A DNA stretch of 61,061 nt, counting the filler. It is 8 parts of 8 records of this genome, joined end to end, with 100 filler letters (N's around TTAATTAATTAA, not from the genome) between each part and the next. Parts side by side here need not be neighbours in the genome. Positions count along the whole stretch, not along the records: positions 1 to 10,263 come from SRR31147125_21971; positions 10,364 to 23,074 come from SRR31147125_21997; 6 more parts are not named here. One strand, given 5' to 3'. How positions within the stretch are numbered: position 1 is the first letter of the stretch; every line of letters begins with the position of its first letter. A program made the translations under genes and the position numbers. A model generated the notes under the pieces. That model ran no database searches. It was not told where the DNA came from and saw nothing but the letters and a program-made list of their open reading frames with translations. Shown here in pieces: positions 1-10,453 of the stretch.

Positions 1-388
1 TTTTTAGAGAAAGAACAGTCTTTTCAGAAAATTGGTCGAGCCACAAAACAAGGATATCTTTATCCCCTGCTGCAGTTGATGAAACAACTTCAATTTCATT
101 GTAATGCTCATCTTCTCCATACTCAAAAAAGTAAGGTTTGGAGCGTAAAATATTTCCGTTGGTAATTATAATTTCCGGCTTCAATAACGACTCAAATCTT
201 TCTACTGAATGAAACTCGAGTCGAATAATAATTTGCCCATCCTTGGTTTTGGCATCTCGCAAATTAGTTGGCTGATTATAAATGTATGCTGGATAATCTT
301 CGTGGTCATTGTTTAACTTCGCTACGCTTGGCAAAATTAACGGAGAAGCTCCTAATCCTATATTTTTAATGAATTTCCTACGCTCCAC
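1..388 (-). CDS. partial exported protein with Tat-like leader (runs off window start)
   Basis: Manual translation from GTG at 388 gives MERRKFIKNIGLGASPLILP..., open to the window edge; co-oriented with the PUL. Confidence 0.6.
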   Translation of the reverse strand, partial: MERRKFIKNIGLGASPLILPSVAKLNNDHEDYPAYIYNQPTNLRDAKTKDGQIIIRLEFHSVERFESLLKPEIIITNGNILRSKPYFFEYGEDEHYNEIEVVSSTAAGDKDILVLWLDQFSEKTVLSLK

Positions 389-416
389 AGCTTATAACTT
401 TGGTTGTTTAAATTGT

Positions 417-1259
417 CTATTTTTTCAGATGTTCTCCTAAAAAATGCAAGAGTTTACTTACCGAACGTTCGTAATAAAGTCCTAATTTGTGAGGAGTATT
501 GGGTACAACCATAATTCTGGAATCAATGCTTTCATGTTTAAGTTTCTCTGCAAAATTTTTAAATGCATCGGGTCGATCATTATCCCCATTTGCTAGAAAA
601 AAACCATAATCATTTGCCTTCCAAATTGAAACAGCTTTTTCAAGTTCTGCTTCTAGTTGATCCTTTTTAAATCGAAGACCACCACCCATACTCCCTGCAG
701 CACAAAATAGTTCTGGATGCATAACGGATAAATAAACAGAGCCTGAACCACCCATCGAAAATCCTGCTAATGCACGTGATTGAGCTTTAGCAATTGTTCG
801 ATAATCATTATCAATTTTTGGAATGAGCTCATCAATAATCATTCTCTCTACTTCATTACGATACCCACTCATTCCTCCATTTGGAAAAACACAAATTACC
901 TTAGGAAGTAATTCTTGATCAATTGCTTTTAATACCCAACTTGAAAAACCTGCAGCATCTTTTGCTTCATTTCCGCCTGCACCATGAAGAAAATAGATTA
1001 CCGGATATTGCGTATCAGTTTCTTCAGAATATCCAGGGGGAGTCCAAACTGAATAGCCAACTTCATGCCCCATAGCAGAGCTATTCATTATATTGTGCGA
1101 CAATCCATCCATTTCTTTTATGTCTGGGTTGACCCACTTAACTTCCTTTTTTAACCTTTCCATTCTTTGCTGGAAAGTTTCTTTCTTATCCTGCGCATAA
1201 GTTTCAACACAGAATAAAACCAGAATAATTGATAAGATTGCTATTTGTACTTTCATCAA
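417..1259 (-). CDS. secreted alpha/beta hydrolase-fold esterase (CE1/Fes-like)
   Basis: YPVIYFLHG and GFSMGG nucleophile elbow; signal peptide. Confidence 0.85.
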   Translation of the reverse strand: MMKVQIAILSIILVLFCVETYAQDKKETFQQRMERLKKEVKWVNPDIKEMDGLSHNIMNSSAMGHEVGYSVWTPPGYSEETDTQYPVIYFLHGAGGNEAKDAAGFSSWVLKAIDQELLPKVICVFPNGGMSGYRNEVERMIIDELIPKIDNDYRTIAKAQSRALAGFSMGGSGSVYLSVMHPELFCAAGSMGGGLRFKKDQLEAELEKAVSIWKANDYGFFLANGDNDRPDAFKNFAEKLKHESIDSRIMVVPNTPHKLGLYYERSVSKLLHFLGEHLKK

Positions 1260-1304
1260 ATTAGTTTTTAATTAGTTCTATTATTTTGATCTATGCGATT
1301 TCAA

Positions 1305-2794
1305 TTAGTCTATTGCTGATATTGGATGAAAATTAAAAACGGACGATGGAATGCGAGATTTTTTCATCAATAATATTAACTCCTTTACAATCTCTGGATT
1401 TTCCATTGCAACATTCATATTTTCCCCAACGTCTGTATCAAGATTATACAGTTCTGTAGTAATTTTATCTGCAGATAATACATTGTATCTGACCAATTTC
1501 CAATTGTCTTTTCGCAAAGCTAGTCGACCTCCCATTTCATGAAACTCCCAATAAAGGTGGCTATGTTCGTTTTGATTTTGCTCTCCCATTAATGTTGGAA
1601 GAAAGGAAATTCCATCAAGATTATCAGGTGTTTTAAAGTCAACTATATCTGCAATTGTGGGCAAAATATCCCAGAAGGCAGAGATATGATTTGATGATGT
1701 TCCTGACCTAATTCTATCTGGCCATTTAACAATCATAGGGACACGAATTCCTCCTTCATACAAATCTCGTTTATATCCTTTTAAGGAACCATTACTATCA
1801 AAATAATCAGGATCAGCACCACCTTCAATATGTGGTCCATTATCAGAAGAAAATATAACAATTGTATTATCTGAAATTCCTAGTTGTTCCAACTTATCCA
1901 TTAATTCACCTACCTGGTCATCTAATAAATTTATCATGCCAGCAAACGCTGCATGCGATTCGGCTTGTGGGGCATATTCACCAGTTCTGAAACCGTTCCC
2001 ACCTTCTCCTCCATCATATTTTGCTTCCGGAAGAAATTTTTCGTGATATTTTTCGTGATATTTTTTGGGGCAACTAACTCTGCATGTGGAATTAAAGAAG
2101 GATAGAACATAAAAAAACTGGTATCCATATTTTCTTCTAAAAAACGTAATGCTTTTTGATGTATCAGATCAGGACCATATTCACCACAAGCTTTTCCTGA
2201 ATTTGCATCCAAAATGATTTTAACTTGATTATGCCACAAATGCCAAGGATAGTAATGATGAGCAAATCGTTGGCAGTTATAACCAAAAAACTGATCAAAC
2301 CCTTGCGTATTGGGATCTCCCTCAGAACCAGGAAAACCGAGTCCCCATTTACCAAAACAACCAGTAGCATAGCCTGCATCTTTAAGCATTTCTGCCAGCG
2401 TAATACTTTCTGCTGGCAGAGGCCATTGACCTTCTGGTTCTAACTCTTTATTCCCTCGAATTGGTGTATGCCCAGTAGTTAATCCAGTTAATAATGACGA
2501 ACGAGAAGGAGCACAAACAGTACTGCCAGAATAGTGTTGCATAAAGCGAATACCTTCGCTAGATAACTTATCGATATTGGGAGTCTCAAAATGTTCTTGA
2601 CCATAGCAACTCAAATCACCGTACCCTAAATCATCAGCTAAAATTAAAATGATATTAGGTTTTTGAGAACCAGTTTTTCTCAACACTTGTTTTTTACCGA
2701 CACTGCATGAAGCAATAAATAACACAAGCATCATTAATGAAATAATCGTTTGATTTATTTTCATTTTACAATCATTAATAAAAGAAGAATGCAA
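1305..2794 (-). CDS. arylsulfatase (S1, Cys-type), lipoprotein; split by a 1-nt frameshift at the T6 run 2061-2066
   Basis: KPNIILILADDLG, CAPSR, GKWGLG, SDNG and LYEGGIRVP motifs span the two ORFs; adding one A restores ...KYHEKFLPEAKY...AAFAGMINLL. Confidence 0.9.
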
Positions 2795-2828
2795 TTAATT
2801 CTGTTGAATTAGATTCGGAATAGAAATA

Positions 2829-2869
2829 AATTATACTTCGCCACTCCAAATTAAGGGCGAAGTATAATT
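2829..2869 (-). terminator. 14-bp inverted repeat downstream of susD (terminator or mRNA-stabilising hairpin)
   Basis: AATTATACTTCGCC...GGCGAAGTATAATT. Confidence 0.55.
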
Positions 2870-2903
2870 CGATTCTTAAACCAAGCAACTATAATATCAT
2901 AAG

Positions 2904-4463
2904 CTATTCCGAAGATGCCGCAGCCCAAACTGCTTTTTGCACCAAAGAAGGATTACGATCTAAAGCGGTTTGAGGATATGGCAACTTATAATGCTTTTCA
3001 GGTACAAAACCATTTTTCTCATTGTCATTATTATCAGTATCAAATGTTTTAATCGCTGCAAACGCCTGTTCTGCAGTACGTGTACGCATTAAATCAAACC
3101 AACGATGGCACTCCAGAAACAATTCCCAACGCCTTTCGGTTAAAATAACATCTCTTGTAATTTCACCAGAAGTCATTGCAGCAATACCTGCTCTACTACG
3201 TACTTCGTTAAAAGAAGCTACTCCATCGGCACTAAGGCTACCATCAGCCAATAAGTCTGCTTCTGCATGAATTAGCAGAAGTTCAGCATATCTTAATACT
3301 TTTGAATCTAAATCAGAAACTCCAACTACACGGTCGTTTGATTCTGCCCACCAAAATTTCTTAGGTCCTCCACTGTCAAGCCTCGCATCTACTCTGGCTG
3401 TTGTACTTTGGTATGTGCCTTTTGTTACACCAGTAATTGTTATAACATCATCACCATCAAAAAATACTGAAAATCTTTTTCGTGGATCATTGTCGTCCCA
3501 TTGCGTTTGTACTGATTCAAATGTATGCATCCATCCAAATCCCCAGATATTTAAGCCCCTATTCAGTCGTGGGTTCAAAGCCATAGGGTACATTGATGCG
3601 ACATAGCCATTACTCCAACCTCCTGAGCTATAATGCTGAACTGCAAAAATATCTTCAGTACTGTTTTGAGCATTCAAGGACCATAAACTCTTCAGGTTAT
3701 CCTCAGGAGTTTTTGTTTGATCGTTTACTAAGGCAAATTTCCCTGAGCTAATTACCTCTTTGGCCTTTAGTTCTGCATTAGCATACCAACTTGAATTATT
3801 TAACTCGTCTGCACCAAAAAGATAAACTTTCGCTAACATTGCTGTAGCTGCTTTTTTAACAATTCGACCTGCCTCTGATTGTGTTTCTGGCAACAGCTCT
3901 TCAGCTAATTTAAGATCATTTATTATCTGAGCATACACATCTTCAGCTGAAGATGCAGCAACACTAAAGCCAGCAGGATCTGTAGAAGGTTCGGTTAGAA
4001 TAGGTACTTCCCCATACATAAGAGTTAGTAAAAAATATTCATAGCCTCTTAAAAAATGAACCTGACCGAGGTAGTTGTTTAAATCAACAGATGAGATACC
4101 TTCAATTTCTGGAGCTTTTTGAATTACTAAATTCGTACGATTTATTGCTCGATATAAATATGAATAGAAATTTTTCACTAGATTATTAGTTGGATCAAAT
4201 TCAAAAGAGTCCCACATATTATATGGAGCATCGGCAATACCATAAGCATTATCTGAAAGTGCTTCGAGTCCCCACATTTCGGTACCCCAAATATGGTTGC
4301 CATTCGTTAACCCACCATATGCGGCCACAACGGCAAGTTGAACATCACGTTCTGTTTTAAAGAAATCATCTCCGGTAGGACCGGTAGGATCCACTTGCTC
4401 CAGATTGTCTGCACATCCGAAGAGCAGGACAATCATTAGTATGCTATATATTAGATTTTTCAT
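2904..4463 (-). CDS. susD: RagB/SusD family nutrient-uptake outer membrane lipoprotein
   Basis: LLFGC lipobox, LRYAELLL, ERRWELFLECHRWFDL, RNPSLVQ; immediately follows susC. Confidence 0.93.
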   Translation of the reverse strand: MKNLIYSILMIVLLFGCADNLEQVDPTGPTGDDFFKTERDVQLAVVAAYGGLTNGNHIWGTEMWGLEALSDNAYGIADAPYNMWDSFEFDPTNNLVKNFYSYLYRAINRTNLVIQKAPEIEGISSVDLNNYLGQVHFLRGYEYFLLTLMYGEVPILTEPSTDPAGFSVAASSAEDVYAQIINDLKLAEELLPETQSEAGRIVKKAATAMLAKVYLFGADELNNSSWYANAELKAKEVISSGKFALVNDQTKTPEDNLKSLWSLNAQNSTEDIFAVQHYSSGGWSNGYVASMYPMALNPRLNRGLNIWGFGWMHTFESVQTQWDDNDPRKRFSVFFDGDDVITITGVTKGTYQSTTARVDARLDSGGPKKFWWAESNDRVVGVSDLDSKVLRYAELLLIHAEADLLADGSLSADGVASFNEVRSRAGIAAMTSGEITRDVILTERRWELFLECHRWFDLMRTRTAEQAFAAIKTFDTDNNDNEKNGFVPEKHYKLPYPQTALDRNPSLVQKAVWAAASSE

Positions 4464-4485
4464 AATTTATGTAATTAAGGAATTG

Positions 4486-7400
4486 TTAAAAGCTTACTTT
4501 TACACCTAAAGTATATTGTTTAGTCAATGGATATTGCCCTCTATCAATACCTGCAGTTTCATTGTCTCCAGCAGTTCTCAAACCAATTTCAGGATCATAT
4601 CCGGTATAATCAGTTAACGTAAAAAGGTTGGTAGCTGTAGCATATAACTGGCAGCTAGCTACACCAATTTTAGACACAACTGTATGAGGCAAATCATAAG
4701 CAAGTCGCAAGTTTTTTAACCTCACATACGAAGCATCCTCCACACGGTATTTTGAGATTCGCCCATTGCCATCGCCAACCAAACGTGGTTCTATATTGCT
4801 TGATCCTTCGCCATCCCATGCATCTAACAGCTCTTTACGTGGATATATCGATTTTAATGAATTGTATACATCAACCCCGTGTACTCCTTGAAAAAATACA
4901 GAAAGAGTAACTCCTTTATATGCTAAAGTATTTGTAAGCCCCCAGGTAAAATCGGGAATTGTACTCCCAATAATCTTACGATCATTTTCGGCGTCTACTT
5001 GTCCATCACCATTCAGATCTTTGAAACGAAAATCACCAGGTGCTGTAAACGAACGTCCGGTAATTTCATCTCGAGCCTGAGTATCATAAATAGGCATGTT
5101 ATTATCATCAAAGCCAGTTACTTTTTGGTTTTGATAGGCATGGGCATAAACTTCATCCCAGTTCTGAAAAATACCATCTGTTTCATATCCATAAATAGCA
5201 CCAATCTCATAACCTACACGAGATATGTTTACTCCAGCATTAAAACGATCAGCATTTTCTGGTAGTTTAATTATTTCATTTTTCACAGTACCAAAAACAA
5301 AGTCTGTTGTCCATGTTAATGGCCCTTGAAGGTTAACAGTACTTATAGAAAGATCAAGTCCCTTATTATTTACCTCACCAAGGTTTCCATTCGGATTTGA
5401 CTCATTCCCCAATTCTAATGCAGGAGCGAATGGTAAGAATAAATCAGAAGTGGTTTTATCATAAAAGTCTGCAATAACATTTACCTTACCTCCAAATAAT
5501 CCAATATCAAGAGCAACGTTTGTCATTTTTATTTCTTCCCAACGAAGAAATGTATTTGCTAGTCTTTCAATCGTTGCTCCAACAATTTCACCACCATTAA
5601 ATGAATAGTTAAACTCATTATATCCATTATCTCCTTGTCCCACACTTGAAGCGTATTGATAATTAGGTACATTATCGCTACCACTTATTCCATATCCTGC
5701 TCTTAGCTTAAGATTGCTTAACCATGATAATTCAGGCATAAAGTCCTCTTCCGAAATACGCCATGCTCCTGATACTGCAGGAAATGTTCCCCATCTCTTA
5801 TCTGAACCAAATTTTGATGAACCATCTCGACGAACGGTTGCTGTTAACAGGTATTTCCCTTTGTAATCATAAATAAACCTTCCAAAAAATGAATTAACAC
5901 CAGTTTCTACCTGACCATTTCCGACAGAAGCAGTAAACTCAGGTAGTAAAAGGATTACATTACCATCAGCATCTGTAATTTCCCGTTGAAGATGTGGACG
6001 GTTAAAGAACCAATAGTCCGTATTCTCGAAAGCACCGTCAGTTGCAGAAAATGATGTTCCCAAATAATTTTGAGACTGATACCCAGCTAGTGCCGTAATT
6101 TTATGATCTGTTAAAAACGTTTTGTTATACGTTAACGTATTTTCAATAAACCATGTTCTACCTTCATTTTGATTAAAAATTAAGCGAGTAGCTTCTGGAA
6201 GAACAAGCATAGTTCCTTCAATATCGTTAGATGTTTCGTGTCGTTCCCTTTTCGAATAACTAAAATCAATGGAAGCCATCGTGTGAAAAATTAAACCATC
6301 CATAATTTCAAAATCGATGTAGGCTGAAGACCACACTCTATTGGCAGAAGTTAAATCTGTATTTTCTTTGGCATCCCAGATCGTATGCATATTTTCTTTA
6401 TCCAACAAATTTTCAGCATCCGAATCATGACTGTTCGAGCCTGCATATGTACCATCTGCATTGTAAATAGGCTTGTATACATATGTCCTTAAAGCCCTGT
6501 TTATATAGTCATTTGCGTTATCATTAGGATTAACATTACCCTTTCTGTTAGATACGCTTCTGGAAATTAATAAGGTATTTCCAAACTTAATTTTTTTACC
6601 AATTTTATGATCTGAGTTAAAACGAAGTGTAAACCGTTCCATATCAGAACCTAAAACAACACCAGTTTGGTCAAAGTAAGAAAGAGAAGAGAAATAGTTT
6701 GATTTTTCGCTGCCTCCACTTACTGATAGGTTATGCGATTGAATCTTTCCATTTCTGGTCATTTCACCAATCCAATCATAGGTAGGAATATCTTCACCAG
6801 CCAAAATTCGATTAATAAAAGGTTGTCCCTGATATTCTGTGAATCCTTCTGCCTTTTGAATATCATCATAATATTGCGCCCATTCCGGACCACTTAATTG
6901 ATTATATTTACTTCCATCAAGATCATTTACTGAAGTATAAGCCTCGTAAGTGATGCTCATTTTTTCCTTTGATCCTCTTTTGGTAGTAACAATTACAACA
7001 CCATTACCTGCACGAGCACCATATATGGCAGTGGCAGATGCATCTTTTAAAATATCAATACTTTCAATATCATTAGGGTTTATCATTGAAAGCGGACTAA
7101 CGTCAGATTGACTTCCTCCTTTAACATTACCCAGAATAATTCCATCAATCACATATAATGGTTCGTTATTATTCAGAGTACCAACACCACGAACTCTAAT
7201 GGTAGCACCTGCTCCCGGAACTCCAGAACCTGTAATAACTTGTACCCCTGCTGCTCTACCCGATAAGGATTGCTCCAAACTTGGGACAGGAATCCGAGAT
7301 AATACATCTCCTTTCACTGAAGAAACAGCACCTGTAATATCTTTTCTTTTCTGTGTTCCATATCCAATTGCAACCACTTCTTCTAGCCCAATAGTCTCCT

Positions 7401-8016
7401 CTGCTAAAGACACATCAATATTGGATCTTCCTGACACTGGTATTTCCATTGCCTTCATCCCAACAAAAGAAAATACAAGTATTCCATCTGAAGGAACATT
7501 TGATATAGAATAACCGCCATCAACATTTGTAATTGTTCCATGGGTTGTTCCTTTAATCACAACTGTAACCCCAGGCAAGGGAGAACCTGAAGAATCAGTA
7601 ACCATACCTGAAATTGTTACGGATTGTGCATTGTACTTAGATTCCAAAACCGTTGACAATACGATTGTTCTGTCAACAAGTTGAAATGAAACATTTGTAT
7701 TTTCAAATAAATCACTAAGAATATCATTAACTTTTGCCTCCCTATAATCCACATCTACTCTTCGTTCCAAGTCAATAACATCGCGATTATAAACAAAATT
7801 AAAGTCACTGTTATCCTCAATACCAGCAAGGACTTGCTCAACAGTTGCATTATCCATCGTAATTGTTAATCTTGCTAATTGCGAATAGCTTTCTGAGGCC
7901 ATGAGATTCAAAAACCCCACCAATAAAAGTAATAGTGTTAGTTTCATTTTAAGTCCAGTTTTTTGCTCAAAGCCAATAATCAAGCTACGAGCATAGCACA
8001 TTCGTTTTTTTTTCAT
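4486..8016 (-). CDS. susC: SusC/RagA TonB-dependent transporter with N-terminal signalling (STN) extension
   Basis: EEVVAIGYG, PLYVIDG, DIESIDILKDASATAIYGARAGNGV, C-terminal Phe. Confidence 0.96.
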   Translation of the reverse strand: MKKKRMCYARSLIIGFEQKTGLKMKLTLLLLLVGFLNLMASESYSQLARLTITMDNATVEQVLAGIEDNSDFNFVYNRDVIDLERRVDVDYREAKVNDILSDLFENTNVSFQLVDRTIVLSTVLESKYNAQSVTISGMVTDSSGSPLPGVTVVIKGTTHGTITNVDGGYSISNVPSDGILVFSFVGMKAMEIPVSGRSNIDVSLAEETIGLEEVVAIGYGTQKRKDITGAVSSVKGDVLSRIPVPSLEQSLSGRAAGVQVITGSGVPGAGATIRVRGVGTLNNNEPLYVIDGIILGNVKGGSQSDVSPLSMINPNDIESIDILKDASATAIYGARAGNGVVIVTTKRGSKEKMSITYEAYTSVNDLDGSKYNQLSGPEWAQYYDDIQKAEGFTEYQGQPFINRILAGEDIPTYDWIGEMTRNGKIQSHNLSVSGGSEKSNYFSSLSYFDQTGVVLGSDMERFTLRFNSDHKIGKKIKFGNTLLISRSVSNRKGNVNPNDNANDYINRALRTYVYKPIYNADGTYAGSNSHDSDAENLLDKENMHTIWDAKENTDLTSANRVWSSAYIDFEIMDGLIFHTMASIDFSYSKRERHETSNDIEGTMLVLPEATRLIFNQNEGRTWFIENTLTYNKTFLTDHKITALAGYQSQNYLGTSFSATDGAFENTDYWFFNRPHLQREITDADGNVILLLPEFTASVGNGQVETGVNSFFGRFIYDYKGKYLLTATVRRDGSSKFGSDKRWGTFPAVSGAWRISEEDFMPELSWLSNLKLRAGYGISGSDNVPNYQYASSVGQGDNGYNEFNYSFNGGEIVGATIERLANTFLRWEEIKMTNVALDIGLFGGKVNVIADFYDKTTSDLFLPFAPALELGNESNPNGNLGEVNNKGLDLSISTVNLQGPLTWTTDFVFGTVKNEIIKLPENADRFNAGVNISRVGYEIGAIYGYETDGIFQNWDEVYAHAYQNQKVTGFDDNNMPIYDTQARDEITGRSFTAPGDFRFKDLNGDGQVDAENDRKIIGSTIPDFTWGLTNTLAYKGVTLSVFFQGVHGVDVYNSLKSIYPRKELLDAWDGEGSSNIEPRLVGDGNGRISKYRVEDASYVRLKNLRLAYDLPHTVVSKIGVASCQLYATATNLFTLTDYTGYDPEIGLRTAGDNETAGIDRGQYPLTKQYTLGVKVSF

Positions 8017-8064
8017 AATTTTAAATGTTTAATTAATAGTAAGGTTTTATACCTTTTTAAACAG

Positions 8065-8099
8065 ATGCAGGGAAGAGGGCAATCTTTCCTGCATTTTTT
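8065..8099 (+). terminator. intrinsic terminator oriented antisense to susC
   Basis: Stem ATGCAGGGAAGA/TCTTTCCTGCAT followed by a T-run on the + strand. Confidence 0.6.
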
Positions 8100-8145
8100 G
8101 TTTTATATCATCATTGTATTTCTTTTAAGTTATCTCTTGAAATAA

Positions 8146-9225
8146 TTATCTTTCTTTTGAAAATGTATTATCATCGTTTTGAATAATCTTAATTGATTTC
8201 CACTTAATTGGAAGTGAAACAGCAAATATTTCCATAATCCGATCAATGTTTTGATCTTCAAAAGTTGCATCAAAACGATATTCCATTAACGTTCTATCAT
8301 TCAATACAAATTCCACATTATGCAGCCGTTCTAATCGTCTCAATATTTCTTTGAATTGAGTATTCTTGAATACATACTTCCCATTTACCCATCCAGTAAA
8401 AGCTTCAGCATTTCGTGCTTTATCAATTACAATAGCATTTTCTTTTCTATATACTCTTCCAACTTCTCCAGGACTCATTTTGTATTCACCATTTACCGGA
8501 TTGCCCTTTTTATTCAGCTTTACAATTGATATTTTACCTTCAAGCAAAAATGTTTCTATGTCAGGATCATCATCATAAGCTCTAATATTAAAAGTTGTAC
8601 CGTAAACCTTTACCTGAACTCCTGAAGTAGTTACCAGCAAAGGCTTATTTTCGTTTTTAGTTACTTTGAATAACCCCTCTCCCGTTAATTTCACCTCTCT
8701 ATATTCTTGTTTACTAAGAATTGGATATTGGATTGAGCTACCAGAATTTAGCCATACTTCGGAACCATCAGGCAATACTGCTTTCATTTTTCCTCCAATA
8801 GGGGCAGATACGGTATTATACATTTCTGACAATTGATCAATTTCCTCATTATTAGAAAATTCCAACTTATGAATTCTATCAACAAACCAAATTGAGGCAA
8901 TCAACAACGGAATAAATAATATTGCTGCTACTTTGCTAAACCAGCTAATAATTTTTCTGTTTTGTAGTTTTGGTTGGAGAGGAAGTTTGTGTGTTTCTAT
9001 ACCAAGTTTCCCCCATAAATAATTCAATTCCTCTTCGGAAAAGTCTAATTCTTTAAAGCTTACTCCATCTATAACCGTTCTCGCTTTAATAAATTCATCT
9101 TTACTAATGGAATATTGCTCAATAAATGCATTCTTCTGCTTACTATCAAACGAATCAAAATGAATAAGTCCATTTTGAAATTCTTCATTAGCAAAAAGCT
9201 CATAAAACTCTTTTCTATCCATCAT
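8146..9225 (-). CDS. FecR family anti-sigma factor
   Basis: TM helix, LPDGSEVWLNSGS, VKVYGTTFNI; lies between the ECF sigma gene and susC. Confidence 0.92.
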   Translation of the reverse strand: MMDRKEFYELFANEEFQNGLIHFDSFDSKQKNAFIEQYSISKDEFIKARTVIDGVSFKELDFSEEELNYLWGKLGIETHKLPLQPKLQNRKIISWFSKVAAILFIPLLIASIWFVDRIHKLEFSNNEEIDQLSEMYNTVSAPIGGKMKAVLPDGSEVWLNSGSSIQYPILSKQEYREVKLTGEGLFKVTKNENKPLLVTTSGVQVKVYGTTFNIRAYDDDPDIETFLLEGKISIVKLNKKGNPVNGEYKMSPGEVGRVYRKENAIVIDKARNAEAFTGWVNGKYVFKNTQFKEILRRLERLHNVEFVLNDRTLMEYRFDATFEDQNIDRIMEIFAVSLPIKWKSIKIIQNDDNTFSKER

Positions 9226-9246
9226 ATTCTAAATAAAATTCCCTAA

Positions 9247-9927
9247 CTATTTATTAAGAGTATGTAATAGAAAAATAGTACTGCAAAAAATTGATTTATT
9301 TTTTTGAAATAGTAAAAAAAGATTAAACAACATGAGATCAATGTCATTGAAATCATTCTTTGAATTGTCTGCAATGCCTACTGATAGCTTTTGAAGAATT
9401 TTAGGCATGTTGTTTTTAATTGATTGTTCCTTAATATTAATCACATTGGATATTTCCTTATAAGTTAACTGGTGATAAAACCGAAGGAAGATAATTTCTC
9501 GTTGATTTGCGGGTAACGAATTCAAATTACGAATCAGCTTTTCTCTTACTTTAGCTGATATAGATTCTTTATCAATAAATTCATCGGGTTCAAAAACTAA
9601 AGCTTTTATATCTCCTTCTGAGATATCATTAATTGGCTTTGTCTTAAGTTCATGATTCTTAGAAAGAAAAAGTCTCCTTCGCAAGGAAACAAATAAATAG
9701 GCCTTCAAGTTAGATACATCACTAAGCCCATGTCTATTTTGCCAAATATTTATAAAAAGATCTTGTATATGATCTCTAACAAAATCGGGAAAGGGAATCA
9801 GTTTTATACCATAACTATACAATTTTGGATAATAAAACTTAAAGATTTGTGAAAATGCCTTATGATCGTCTGACTTCATTCTTTTCCACAAAAAATCTTC
9901 ATCTATTTTATCAGCTTTTCCCTGCAT
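9247..9927 (-). CDS. ECF RNA polymerase sigma-70 factor
   Basis: AFSQIFKFYYPKL, IQDLFINIW, LPANQREIIFLRFYHQLTYKEIS. Confidence 0.9.
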   Translation of the reverse strand: MQGKADKIDEDFLWKRMKSDDHKAFSQIFKFYYPKLYSYGIKLIPFPDFVRDHIQDLFINIWQNRHGLSDVSNLKAYLFVSLRRRLFLSKNHELKTKPINDISEGDIKALVFEPDEFIDKESISAKVREKLIRNLNSLPANQREIIFLRFYHQLTYKEISNVINIKEQSIKNNMPKILQKLSVGIADNSKNDFNDIDLMLFNLFLLFQKNKSIFCSTIFLLHTLNK

Positions 9928-10263
9928 GTATTTTGATCTTCCCTTCTTTTAGATAATCAGAAATTGAACTTTTAAAATAAAAATAGACTTTAAATCTACT
10001 ATTCTAATTTAAATATAAAGATGAATGTATCAAATAATTATATAAAAGATTGATTTTACAAAAGAAAAAAACGCTCATTACTAACGCCCAACAAAGAGAA
10101 CATATGACCTCTGAAAATTCATTTCATTAAATCTTAATATGACTTCACACAATAGTCAACTATGATAAACAAATGATCAATACATGAAATAAAATAGAGA
10201 TTTTTTATAGCCTCTGCCCCACTAATAACAGCAAAAAAAAGCGCTTAAGTTTAATTACTTAGG

Positions 10264-10363
10264 NNNNNNNNNNNNNNNNNNNNNNNNNNNNNNNNNNNNN
10301 NNNNNNNTTAATTAATTAANNNNNNNNNNNNNNNNNNNNNNNNNNNNNNNNNNNNNNNNNNNN
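10264..10363. other. artificial contig linker
   Basis: 100 bp of Ns around TTAATTAATTAA (stops in all six frames). Confidence 0.99.
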
Positions 10364-10399
10364 TGAGCCGCATGCTCTAACCAACTGAGCTACATCGCC
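10364..10399 (-). tRNA. 5' half of a tRNA, most likely tRNA-Met(CAT), truncated by the contig end
   Basis: Reverse complement GGCGATGTAGCTCAGTTGGTTAGAGCATGCGGCTCA gives acceptor arm, D arm and anticodon arm up to CA. Confidence 0.8.
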
Positions 10400-10453
10400 A
10401 AAAAACCCGATCTTTATATATTTTTATTTTAGTGCTGTCAATAGTTATTTTTA

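Noticed and set aside
2037-2066. 12-bp tandem duplication (KYHEKYHEK) in the sulfatase as a phase-variation site
   Set aside because: The duplication is in frame; the break is explained by the adjacent T6 run.
10308-10319. Recurrent TTAATTAATTAA motif
   Set aside because: Synthetic six-frame stop linker, not biological.
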